DNA of 64,000 nucleotides from Alphaproteobacteria bacterium (GTDB lineage Bacteria > Pseudomonadota > Alphaproteobacteria > JBFXJJ01), in assembly GCA_050175015.1 (NCBI GenBank), contig JBFXJJ010000005.1:32001-96000 (forward strand). The letters run 5' to 3'. The notes beneath the pieces are model-generated. The model did no database searches. It was not told the origin of the DNA and saw only the letters and a program-made list of their open reading frames with translations. The position numbers and the translations under genes are program-made. This document shows positions 40,380 through 48,523 of the stretch, in pieces (the first letter of the stretch is position 1; each line of letters begins with the position of its first letter).

Positions 40380-40982
40380 ATGGCAAAATTGAAAACAGGC
40401 CGAAAGCCAGTGCATCTAATTAAAGCGTCAAAAGAACTTAGCGGAAGAGATGCTGTCTGGAAGGCTATTAGAGAGCTAAAAACGTTTACCAAAGAAGATT
40501 TAAGTAAGAAAGCTAAAGTTAATGTAGAAACAATCAGAACTTTTTTAACTGGTCTTGTAAAAGGCGGTTATATATCAAAAGAAGACCATAGAAAACAGAA
40601 CAATAATGAGCCTATTAAATACAATCTAGTCAAAGATATTGGTGTTGATGCTCCTAAAGTTCGCAAAGATGGCTCAAAAGTTAAGCCTGTAGCCACAGAG
40701 AATATGTGGCGGACAATGAGGATCTTAAAAAGATTCTCAGTTAAAGATCTAATTTTGAATGCGACAACAGATGAAATTCAAATCAAACCAACTTCAGCAG
40801 ATAGTTACTGCAAATATTTATGCAGGGCTGGCTATTTAGCAAAAAATGCAGATAGAACATATACATTTTTACAAAGTAAGTATACGGGGCCTCTAGCCCC
40901 AATGATCCAGAGGATTAAACAACTTTACGATCCTAATATTGGTAAAATTGTTTATAAATCAGGAGGAAAAGCCGATGATTAA
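40380..40982 (+). CDS. Phage protein with two winged-HTH-like repeats
   Basis: VWKAIR.L..FT..DL and MWRTMR.L..FS..DL repeats; basic. Confidence 0.65.
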   Translation: MAKLKTGRKPVHLIKASKELSGRDAVWKAIRELKTFTKEDLSKKAKVNVETIRTFLTGLVKGGYISKEDHRKQNNNEPIKYNLVKDIGVDAPKVRKDGSKVKPVATENMWRTMRILKRFSVKDLILNATTDEIQIKPTSADSYCKYLCRAGYLAKNADRTYTFLQSKYTGPLAPMIQRIKQLYDPNIGKIVYKSGGKADD

Positions 40983-41349
40983 TAAGGTATTAGCTTCTGA
41001 TACAATTACAAAATATTGGGGTGAAAATATACCGCAATGGGTAAAGACGCTAGCGGCTGAGTGCGACAATACATCACAAGCCAGGACAGCTAAAAAAATT
41101 GGCTACTCAGCTGCCGCAATTAATTGTGTTTTGCAAAACAAATACACAGGAACCGTTGGAAATGTTGAAGAAGCGGTAAAAGCTTATTTAATGAGCGAAG
41201 AAGTCTCATGCCCTGTTTTAGGAAACATCAAACAATCTTTGTGTTTAGAAAATCAAAAACAACCGCTCATTACATCAAATCCTACAAAAATTAGACTTTT
41301 CAAAGCCTGTAGGGCTGGGTGTCCTCATTTTAAGGGAGAAAAGAAATGA
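40975..41349 (+). CDS. Phage HTH protein with C-terminal Cys motif
   Basis: SQARTAKKIGYS, CPVLG, CRAGCPH; start after AGGAGG. Confidence 0.7.
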   Translation: MINKVLASDTITKYWGENIPQWVKTLAAECDNTSQARTAKKIGYSAAAINCVLQNKYTGTVGNVEEAVKAYLMSEEVSCPVLGNIKQSLCLENQKQPLITSNPTKIRLFKACRAGCPHFKGEKK

Positions 41350-41618
41350 CAGGAATTGCAACGGAAATTAGGAAAATTGCGAGCAGATTGGCTCAAGGTG
41401 TGGCGGAAAGAAACATAACAGAAAGCCAGCTGAGAAAGGCCTCTGAAGACTTAAATCAGTTAAGTCTAGATGTCGATAGTTTGGAAGATGTTGTCATTTT
41501 AAAACGTGATTATGACGTTCCTGACAACGTTATAAAGATTGCCTTTGCTCTTAATAAAAAAGGCGTAACGGCGGGTATGCCAGACGGTAATAAACCTGAC
41601 GGTGGAGATGCTGCATGA
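41346..41618 (+). CDS. Hypothetical phage protein
   Basis: ATGA-coupled ORF with GGGAG RBS. Confidence 0.7.
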   Translation: MTGIATEIRKIASRLAQGVAERNITESQLRKASEDLNQLSLDVDSLEDVVILKRDYDVPDNVIKIAFALNKKGVTAGMPDGNKPDGGDAA

Positions 41619-41692
41619 GTAGAAAACGTCAAAGATTTTACGGTTTTCGCCAGTGGTGGCGATTTATTAGAAATATTTATTTTAAGAGGTAA
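41615..41692 (+). CDS. Small cationic/aromatic peptide (25 aa, not in ORF track)
   Basis: ATGA overlap with upstream stop, GGAG RBS; MSRKRQRFYGFRQWWRFIRNIYFKR fills the gap before the next gene. Confidence 0.5.
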   Translation: MSRKRQRFYGFRQWWRFIRNIYFKR

Positions 41693-41696
41693 AAAA

Positions 41697-42329
41697 ATGG
41701 AAGAAATTCTAAACGAAAACAAAGAGATACCAGAGGGTTGTATGAAAGACGCTAAAGGGCGTTTTGTGCCTGAAAATTTAGTTAAAGATGTTGATAAGTT
41801 AGAAGATCAACTGGTGCGTAAAATTATGAGTTTTGCGTTTGAGTTAAACGCTCAAATCAGCCGCTTCAAAGGTCATTCCTTTGAAGATATTGGAGCATTT
41901 ATGGACATCTTGGCTGATAAATACGGCGTAAAACGAGGAGGAAAAAAAGGCAATTTATCGCTGTCAACTTTTGACGGAGAGATGAAAGTCGCGGTCCAGG
42001 TTGCCGAACATCTTGAATTCGGTAATGAATTGCAGATAGCCAAACAACTCGTTGATGAATGTATTAGCAAATGGGCTGAAGGCTCAAACGATAAAATTAG
42101 AGCTCTGGTTGAACATGCTTTCCAAACTGATAAGGAAGGAAAAATAAACAGAGAAGCTTTGTTTGCCTTACGTCGTCTGCAAATTGACGACGAAGACTGG
42201 AAAAGAGCGATGGAGGCTTTAACTGATTCTATCCGTGTTGTTGGTTCTAAGCAGTATATGAGGTTTTATTTCAGAAAAAGTTCTGAGGAAAAATTTTCAA
42301 CGTTAACAATCGATTTAGCAAACGCTTAG
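41697..42329 (+). CDS. DUF3164 family Mu-like phage protein
   Basis: MKDAKGR.VP, GGKKGNLSLSTFDG, F..ELQIAK.LVDEC, W.RAM.AL.DS. Confidence 0.85.
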   Translation: MEEILNENKEIPEGCMKDAKGRFVPENLVKDVDKLEDQLVRKIMSFAFELNAQISRFKGHSFEDIGAFMDILADKYGVKRGGKKGNLSLSTFDGEMKVAVQVAEHLEFGNELQIAKQLVDECISKWAEGSNDKIRALVEHAFQTDKEGKINREALFALRRLQIDDEDWKRAMEALTDSIRVVGSKQYMRFYFRKSSEEKFSTLTIDLANA

Positions 42330-42340
42330 TAGGAATAGTT

Positions 42341-42544
42341 ATGGAAGCAATAATAACTATTAAAGATTTAGATAATGGCAGGTGTCATGTTAGCGTCAAT
42401 TTCAAACCAGATTCAATTGAAAATACACCTGCCGTTATAATGGCTCTTAGCTTTTATGAAAAAATTAAAGGCATGGAAGAACAAAGCAAAACGCATGATG
42501 TTTTAGACCTTTTGCGTATATGGGGGACAGTCCCCCCATACTGA
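42341..42544 (+). CDS. Hypothetical phage protein
   Basis: AGGA RBS; packed in the operon. Confidence 0.6.
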   Translation: MEAIITIKDLDNGRCHVSVNFKPDSIENTPAVIMALSFYEKIKGMEEQSKTHDVLDLLRIWGTVPPY

Positions 42545-42556
42545 TGAGCTAGACCA

Positions 42557-43003
42557 ATGAATGAAATAGAAAGAAAAGAAATTTATTTAAAAGCCTTAGC
42601 CGTATATGGCAGTGAAATGCAGTTAAATCAAGCTATAGAGGAAATGGCTGAGCTGACAGTTGCTATTAGGCATTTTTTAAGATGCAGACCAAATAACCTT
42701 ATTGAAGAACTAGCAGATGTTTCGGTGATGATAGAACAAATTAGCTTGTTATTTGGAAAAGACGCGATTGAAGCGGTCAAGAAAATTAAAATTAAACGGT
42801 TAGAGAGAAGATTAATGGGTAAATCAATTTTAAACAACGAACCTTGGACAATAAGTGAGATTGTTTTAGCTAGAGATGAAGGCATAGCCTTTGCTGTTCA
42901 TAGAGAAAAGGAGCCTTGGAAAGATGCGCCATATAGAACCAAAACTTATTTGGATGCTCTTCATCTAGTTAACATTCTTAACAACCAAAGGAGTGCAGCA
43001 TGA
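42557..43003 (+). CDS. MazG-like nucleotide pyrophosphohydrolase domain protein
   Basis: QAIEEMAEL...IEELADV (EExxE...ExxD). Confidence 0.7.
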   Translation: MNEIERKEIYLKALAVYGSEMQLNQAIEEMAELTVAIRHFLRCRPNNLIEELADVSVMIEQISLLFGKDAIEAVKKIKIKRLERRLMGKSILNNEPWTISEIVLARDEGIAFAVHREKEPWKDAPYRTKTYLDALHLVNILNNQRSAA

Positions 43004-43329
43004 AAAGGTTATCACAAGTAAAAGATTTCAAAAGGTTATCTATTGATGGAGAAATTGGAGATGATAATCATGGTTGTTTCTCCAAAGGAAACCTCTTTGT
43101 TATTGCTAGTAATGATTTGGGTTGGGATCATGTATCAGTATCTCTTAGAAATAGGTGTCCAACTTGGGAAGAAATGGAACAAGTAAAGCGTGAATTTTTT
43201 CTTCCTGATGAGATGGCTATGCAGTTTCATGTTCCCACAAACAAGCACATAAATATCCATAAATACTGTCTTCATCTTTGGAGACCACATGAACAAGATA
43301 TACCACTTCCTCCAAAATTTATGGTTTAG
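43000..43329 (+). CDS. Conserved phage protein (WxHVSVS..R.PTWEEM...H..CLHLW family)
   Basis: Conserved phage motif set; ATGA coupling. Confidence 0.75.
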   Translation: MKRLSQVKDFKRLSIDGEIGDDNHGCFSKGNLFVIASNDLGWDHVSVSLRNRCPTWEEMEQVKREFFLPDEMAMQFHVPTNKHINIHKYCLHLWRPHEQDIPLPPKFMV

Positions 43330-43346
43330 GATTAATAGGTGCAATT

Positions 43347-43952
43347 ATGAGCAAAAATAATATAGCAGAAATAAAAGAGTTTTTTTTGAGAGATACTAAA
43401 AATCATAAGGTTGAAATATTAAATGATAACGGGAATAACCGCACTCTTTGTTGTTCTAACAATGGCAGTTGCTACTATAAATTCTATATCACCACTTGGA
43501 ATGGATACCTTTGTGTTTCTGGAGATATAGGCGTTTGGGTTTTTAGTAGATTACCGGATATGTTTGAATTTTTTAGAGGTAAAGAAAATCCAGATTTTCA
43601 TTATTGGTCTGAAAAGCTTGAAGGAGGAACAAGCAACAGTCACTCATTAGCAGAGTGCTGGGACGCTGATTTATTTATTGATCAGTTAACGCAGATGATC
43701 AATGAACGCGATTATGATCCTGAAGAGACAGAAAGATTACTTGAGTTGGCTAGGAATGAGATTTTTCCAAAAACAAGTTATGAGGCTGAAGCAGTTTTAG
43801 CAATATTTGACTGTGATGAAATCAACGAAAAAGTATTTGGCAGTTATTATGAGCATGACCTTGGTAAACAATATCATCATCGGTTTGTTTGGGTATGCTT
43901 TGCGATAGTTTGGGCTATTAAAGAATATGACAAAATAAGAGGTGCAGCATGA
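43347..43952 (+). CDS. Conserved hypothetical phage protein
   Basis: TWNGYL.VSGD.G..VFSRL.DMF.FFR, YW.EKL. Confidence 0.7.
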   Translation: MSKNNIAEIKEFFLRDTKNHKVEILNDNGNNRTLCCSNNGSCYYKFYITTWNGYLCVSGDIGVWVFSRLPDMFEFFRGKENPDFHYWSEKLEGGTSNSHSLAECWDADLFIDQLTQMINERDYDPEETERLLELARNEIFPKTSYEAEAVLAIFDCDEINEKVFGSYYEHDLGKQYHHRFVWVCFAIVWAIKEYDKIRGAA

Positions 43953-44299
43953 AAGCATTATCGATACGTCAGCCATGGGCTTATCTAATTGTTAACGGAT
44001 ATAAATCCGTTGAAAATCGAAAATGGCCGACTAAATTTCGCGGTGAAGTTTTAATTCACGCTGGCAAAAACCTTGATTTAGAAGGGTTAAAATGGATTAA
44101 AGAACATCACCCTGAAATCAACTTGCCTAAAACTTATCAACTCGGCGGAATTGTGGGTAAAGCAAAGATAGTTGATTGTGTTACGACATCAAAATCACCG
44201 TGGTTTTTTGGAACCTATGGGTTTGTTTTTGAAAATGCAATGCCTTTTCCTTTTGTGCCGTATAAAGGCCAACTCGGTTTTTTTGAGGTGAAGATATGA
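43949..44299 (+). CDS. ASCH domain protein
   Basis: ALSIRQPWA.LI..G.K.VENR.W, KGQLGFF. Confidence 0.9.
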   Translation: MKALSIRQPWAYLIVNGYKSVENRKWPTKFRGEVLIHAGKNLDLEGLKWIKEHHPEINLPKTYQLGGIVGKAKIVDCVTTSKSPWFFGTYGFVFENAMPFPFVPYKGQLGFFEVKI

Positions 44300-44625
44300 C
44301 TGAAATTACAACAGAAAAACTAAAAGAAATAGCCTCTATCAAAGGCTTTGGTTCAGCTACACAATATATCCGCAATAATGTTGATCCTTTATGGGGCATG
44401 GGCAATGAGTTTAAAAAATACAAAATTAAAGTTCAACAATTAGTTACAACTAAAACTATTGAGACCGCTTATGTTGAGGTTGTTGCAGGATCCGAAGAAG
44501 CCGCTAGATATGAAGTTAAAAAAATGTGGGATTTAGATGATGATTTTGATTGGCTAGAAGAGCCGTGCAGTGAAGAAACATCTTATTCTGATTTTGAAAT
44601 TATGGAAATGGAGCCAATACAATGA
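44296..44625 (+). CDS. Acidic phage protein, DpnD/PcfM-like C-terminus (paralog 1)
   Basis: KKYKI...VEVVAGSEEAA; clearly paralogous to 45473-45808. Confidence 0.65.
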   Translation: MTEITTEKLKEIASIKGFGSATQYIRNNVDPLWGMGNEFKKYKIKVQQLVTTKTIETAYVEVVAGSEEAARYEVKKMWDLDDDFDWLEEPCSEETSYSDFEIMEMEPIQ

Positions 44626-44825
44626 CAGTTCAATATTATTCTCCAAAACGTGTTGCAAATCAGGCAAAAAGCAGGATTAAAAAGATTTTAGGTCTGCTTA
44701 ATGAAATTTCCTTACTTTATAACGAGGAAGACGAATGCATTGTTGGTTACTGTGGCCAAGCCATAGATAGCGTGAAAGAAATCGAAATAACCATAACCGA
44801 AACAATTGAGGCAGGTTTATTATGA
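44622..44825 (+). CDS. Hypothetical phage protein
   Basis: ATGA-coupled on both sides. Confidence 0.65.
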   Translation: MTVQYYSPKRVANQAKSRIKKILGLLNEISLLYNEEDECIVGYCGQAIDSVKEIEITITETIEAGLL

Positions 44826-45463
44826 GTAATAAAATAGAGCGTCCATTAGATGATCATTACATAACCCCGCCAGAAGTTGTTAGAGCTTTGCTTTCAGTTG
44901 AACCATTTATGCATTCAAAAATATGGGAGCCTTGTGCAGGCACAGGAGAGCTTGCAGAAACGCTTAGAAGCGAAGGGCGAAATGTTTATGCATCAACCAT
45001 TCAATCAAAAGAATTTTATAACAAAGAATTACCTGATGTTGATTGTGGAGTTGATTTTTTAAAGCAAACTAGAATGTTAGATAATTGTAAAACCATTATT
45101 ACCAATCCACCCTATGGAAGGTTATATGGGAAGAAAGATAAGCTAGCTGTAGAGAAAATTATACGCCATGCAGTGAGTTTGAGATTTTATAAAATGGCTA
45201 TGTTGCTTCCCATGAGTTTTTTAGGAGGAATTGCTCGCAAAGAAGGTCTTTTTAAAGAGCTTCCACCCTCAAGCTTTTACCAATTTTCAAATCGTATCAA
45301 AATGTATCCAGCAGGCATTGATGTTACAGGTAAGAACACACCGCTTAATTATTATGGCTGGTTTGTGTGGCAAGCTGGCGAAATGTGGAAAGAAAGAAAA
45401 CCTGAATTCGCAGGCTGGCTGAATTCCAATGAATTTAAAGAACACATAGTTAAAAGAAATTAA
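44822..45463 (+). CDS. Orphan amino-DNA methyltransferase (m6A/m4C type)
   Basis: D.Y.TP, WEPCAGTG SAM-binding motif, IITNPPY catalytic motif, YGWFVW. Confidence 0.82.
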   Translation: MSNKIERPLDDHYITPPEVVRALLSVEPFMHSKIWEPCAGTGELAETLRSEGRNVYASTIQSKEFYNKELPDVDCGVDFLKQTRMLDNCKTIITNPPYGRLYGKKDKLAVEKIIRHAVSLRFYKMAMLLPMSFLGGIARKEGLFKELPPSSFYQFSNRIKMYPAGIDVTGKNTPLNYYGWFVWQAGEMWKERKPEFAGWLNSNEFKEHIVKRN

Positions 45464-45472
45464 GGAGTTTGT

Positions 45473-45808
45473 GTGATGGCTGAAATTTCAATAGAGAAAT
45501 TAAAAGAAATAGCTTCTATCAAAGGTTTTGGGAAATCAACGAAATATATTCAAGAAAAGGTTGATCCTTTATGGGGAAAAGAAGGAGACCTTAAAAAATA
45601 TAGAGTTGAGTGTCAACAAACAACGATAGTGTCATATCTTGAACACGGTAGCGTTGAGGTTTTTGCAACTTCGGCAGAAGACGCCAAAATCGAAGCGGAA
45701 CAAATGTGGTGTTCTGATGAAGATTTTGACTGGGAACAAGAATGTTTTACAGAAGAAACAAACCATGAAGACTGTGAAATTAAGAACGTGGAGGTTGTCA
45801 ATGACTGA
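45473..45808 (+). CDS. Acidic phage protein, DpnD/PcfM-like C-terminus (paralog 2)
   Basis: EKLKEIASIKGFG and VDPLWG shared with 44296-44625; AAGGAG RBS. Confidence 0.65.
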   Translation: MMAEISIEKLKEIASIKGFGKSTKYIQEKVDPLWGKEGDLKKYRVECQQTTIVSYLEHGSVEVFATSAEDAKIEAEQMWCSDEDFDWEQECFTEETNHEDCEIKNVEVVND

Positions 45809-46079
45809 AGAGCAAAAAAAGTTAGACGCAATTATTCTGTTCCTGGAAGAAAATATTTTTGTAAACGATTTAAACGAATTGTTTGAAGATTTTGCCGTTG
45901 AGCTAAATGACACTGAAAAAATGTTTTCATTGTACGAAAAAAAGTCAGGGAATGAATTGATAGAAGCTCATGACTTAAATGATGTGTGGCTTGAGTTTCA
46001 ATCAGAATATGCGGTTTTTGATACTTATCCTATACCCTCTATTGATGATTTTATTATTGAGGAATGCCCAAATGAATGA
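45801..46079 (+). CDS. Very acidic small phage protein (92 aa)
   Basis: Start ATG 45801 after GGAGG; 25 D/E versus 5 K/R. Confidence 0.7.
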   Translation: MTEEQKKLDAIILFLEENIFVNDLNELFEDFAVELNDTEKMFSLYEKKSGNELIEAHDLNDVWLEFQSEYAVFDTYPIPSIDDFIIEECPNE

Positions 46080-46254
46080 AGATGAAAAAAAAGAAATTAC
46101 ATTAACTGACGAAGAACGCCAACCTTGTGAAATTTGGTCTAGAGTGATGGGTTATCACAGACCAGTAGAGCAATGGAACATTGGCAAGAAGGCAGAATTT
46201 GCTGAGAGAAAGGCTTTTAAAGAGCCTAAGGAAGGTTCTGATGACGCCAGATAA
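46072..46254 (+). CDS. Stand-alone NrdD C-terminal (glycyl-radical) domain protein (60 aa)
   Basis: CEIWSRVMGYHRPVEQWNIGKKAEFAER matches the class III RNR C-terminus; GAGG RBS. Confidence 0.8.
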   Translation: MNEDEKKEITLTDEERQPCEIWSRVMGYHRPVEQWNIGKKAEFAERKAFKEPKEGSDDAR

Positions 46255-46636
46255 GAGGCCTTTAATCTCAAAGATTCATATTGCCAAAAATCAGCTTGGG
46301 CTTGATGACGGCACGTATAGGGCTGTTTTAAAGCGAATTGCGGGTAAGGAAAGCTCTAGTAAGCTTACTTATAAGCAACTTGTTGATGTGTTAAATGAGT
46401 TTAAAAACCTTGGCTTTAAGCCTGCTCGCAGGGTTAAAATTGCTGACAATCCTAAGGTCCGTATGGTTTATGCCCTATGGAGTGAACTTTACGAATTAAA
46501 AGCTCTTAAATCAAAGAATGGGCTCCGCACCTGGATTAAAAAGATGACAGGCGTTGCTGCTCCAGAGTGGCTTAATGAACGCCAATTAAACACGGTTATA
46601 GAGGCGCTTAAACAGTGGATTGAGAGGGTTAGCTAA
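46241..46636 (+). CDS. gemA: GemA/gp16 (DUF1018) family protein
   Basis: IHIAK.QLGLDD.TYR..L....GK.SS..L, VIEALKQW. Confidence 0.88.
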   Translation: MTPDKRPLISKIHIAKNQLGLDDGTYRAVLKRIAGKESSSKLTYKQLVDVLNEFKNLGFKPARRVKIADNPKVRMVYALWSELYELKALKSKNGLRTWIKKMTGVAAPEWLNERQLNTVIEALKQWIERVS

Positions 46637-47046
46637 TGTTAGACAGCACCAGCAGTCTTAATTTAACAGGGATACTCGGTGACATTGCAGATGTCGCTGG
46701 GGCTGGTGCTGCCCTGACTATTGCGGATTTGAAGGGCGGAACAATGGCTTATATTCCGCAGCCTGACAACCTAAAGATGGACCACTGGCTTGTTAAGGCT
46801 GTTGGCCTTGAAAAAGCAAAAGAAATTGCCAAGATTTTAGGCGGTGGAGAGGTTGAGGTTCCTCTTGGACCTTTAGCTGGTAATCGTGGCAAAGTGCGCA
46901 AAGCAATTAAAAAATCTCTCAAAGAAGGATTGTCTACAGCACAGACTGCAAAACTTGTAGGAGTGCATTGCCGCACGGTCTATCGCCATAAATCAGACAA
47001 TAACAACTACGATTTTGATGATGATCAATTTGGTTTGTTTGAATGA
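46636..47046 (+). CDS. Mor/C-like transcription activator
   Basis: IA...G..AA..IA...GG...YIP plus C-terminal HTH (A..VGVH.RTVYR); follows gemA. Confidence 0.8.
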   Translation: MLDSTSSLNLTGILGDIADVAGAGAALTIADLKGGTMAYIPQPDNLKMDHWLVKAVGLEKAKEIAKILGGGEVEVPLGPLAGNRGKVRKAIKKSLKEGLSTAQTAKLVGVHCRTVYRHKSDNNNYDFDDDQFGLFE

Positions 47047-47174
47047 AAACTTTTTTAAAATATTATCTTGTTTTTTCTTTAGGTTTTCAACTTGGCGCAA
47101 GGTTAAATACAAGTTTTGCCTATGAAGCTGGTTTAACTTCAGGGAAAGCTATTAGAGAATGGTTAGGCATCTAA
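47043..47174 (+). CDS. Small hydrophobic peptide (43 aa, not in ORF track)
   Basis: ATGA-coupled to the Mor stop; MKTFLKYYLVFSLGFQLGARL... Confidence 0.45.
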   Translation: MKTFLKYYLVFSLGFQLGARLNTSFAYEAGLTSGKAIREWLGI

Positions 47175-47246
47175 AGAATATTGACAGGAGAGTATAAAAA
47201 TATAATAGTTGTTTTTTGTTTTTTTATTAACAGAGCAGGATAATTT

Positions 47247-47855
47247 ATGTCCTTATTTAACTTTTTCAAAAAAAAAATTACGTTATCTAATAATGTTGAT
47301 ATGGAACCAATATGGCTTGGTTACACGCAAATTGTTAAACCAATTAAATTGCCAGAAAATATATTTAATCTACTTGGAGATAGATACATATCAGGCTATT
47401 TGACAGAAACCCCTAGAGATCAAGAACGTTTTTTTATTGAGCAATTAGAAAACATTGAATTTTCTTGGTTTTGGTTTGAAGAATTCAAAGATTTTTTTGC
47501 ACAAATTGGTGCTAAGCCTAATCTTTGGAGTTTATATAAACCAGAAACAAAAGAGGGTTTGTGCAAACTGCTTTATAGTACTATTCGTTTTTCTAGTGCA
47601 GCAATACGAGATATGTATACATTCAAAATGGCAATTAATAGTCAATTGCCAGATTGGGAATATGGCGACCCTATAAAAAAAAGTGATTATAAACGAATTT
47701 CTCTTCGTCTACCTACAGACGAACCTCCTGAAGTCCAAGAAGTTATTAATACCTTTGCTACAAAATTTAATAATGGCGCAGGAAATTGGCCACCTTTCTT
47801 TCCTGGTTGTCGAACAAGTATTAAAATTATGTTTATGTTTGACAATGATGACTAG
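47247..47855 (+). CDS. Moron-like hypothetical protein
   Basis: AGGA RBS; TTGACA and TATAAT upstream; sits between the activator and lysis genes. Confidence 0.7.
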   Translation: MSLFNFFKKKITLSNNVDMEPIWLGYTQIVKPIKLPENIFNLLGDRYISGYLTETPRDQERFFIEQLENIEFSWFWFEEFKDFFAQIGAKPNLWSLYKPETKEGLCKLLYSTIRFSSAAIRDMYTFKMAINSQLPDWEYGDPIKKSDYKRISLRLPTDEPPEVQEVINTFATKFNNGAGNWPPFFPGCRTSIKIMFMFDNDD

Positions 47856-47938
47856 GAACAATAGTTCAAGCTTAACAGTTGATAAAAACTCGAAAAAGCG
47901 ATATATGTTTATTAATTAAATCCAACCTTAAAATTTAT

Positions 47939-47972
47939 TAAAACATAATATAAGGGTTTACCCCTGACATTT
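47939..47972 (+). promoter_or_regulatory. Late promoter element 1 (Plys-like)
   Basis: 34-bp sequence with 33/34 identity to 55312-55345; upstream of the endolysin. Confidence 0.75.
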
Positions 47973-48036
47973 ATCAGCGTTATTTTTATGTGTAATTTAA
48001 GCAAAAATCATCTCATCAACTTTTTTGAGGTGATTT

Positions 48037-48504
48037 ATGAAACTTACAGAAAATTTTACATTAGAAGAATTTACAAAATCAGACACTGCAAAAAGGCTAG
48101 GAATTAATAACACTCCTACGCAAAAAGAGGCGTTTGCTCTGTCTCGATTGTGTGGCTTTGTGTTACAGCCATTACGTAACCATTATCAGCGCCCAGTTAT
48201 TATTAAATCTGGTTATCGCTGCCAAAAACTAAATGAAGCTGTTGGTGGAGCTAAAAATTCACAACACACAAAAGGCGAAGCTGCGGACATTGTTGTTGCA
48301 GGCATTCCTGCATATAAAGTTGCAGAATACCTTGAGGGTACAGCAGATTATGATCAGCTGATTCTTGAAAGAAGAAACTCAATTGATTTTGTTCATGTTT
48401 CTTGGATTGGCTTAGGCAGTAATCGCATTGAAGTTCTTAATTCTCCTCAAAAAGGTCAATTTTTAAGAGGCATACCAGCCCCAGAGGATTGGTATAAGTA
48501 TTAA
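48037..48504 (+). CDS. Endolysin, peptidase M15 family
   Basis: LTENFTLEEF, SGYRC..LN..VGGA.NSQH..G.AAD, FVHVS. Confidence 0.92.
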   Translation: MKLTENFTLEEFTKSDTAKRLGINNTPTQKEAFALSRLCGFVLQPLRNHYQRPVIIKSGYRCQKLNEAVGGAKNSQHTKGEAADIVVAGIPAYKVAEYLEGTADYDQLILERRNSIDFVHVSWIGLGSNRIEVLNSPQKGQFLRGIPAPEDWYKY

Positions 48505-48523
48505 TTTTTAAAAGGAGAATATA

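Noticed and set aside
45639-46240. Longer starts for ORFs 45639, 45979 and 46181 in the ORF track
   Set aside because: They overlap upstream genes; RBS-supported coupled starts are at 45801, 46072 and 46241
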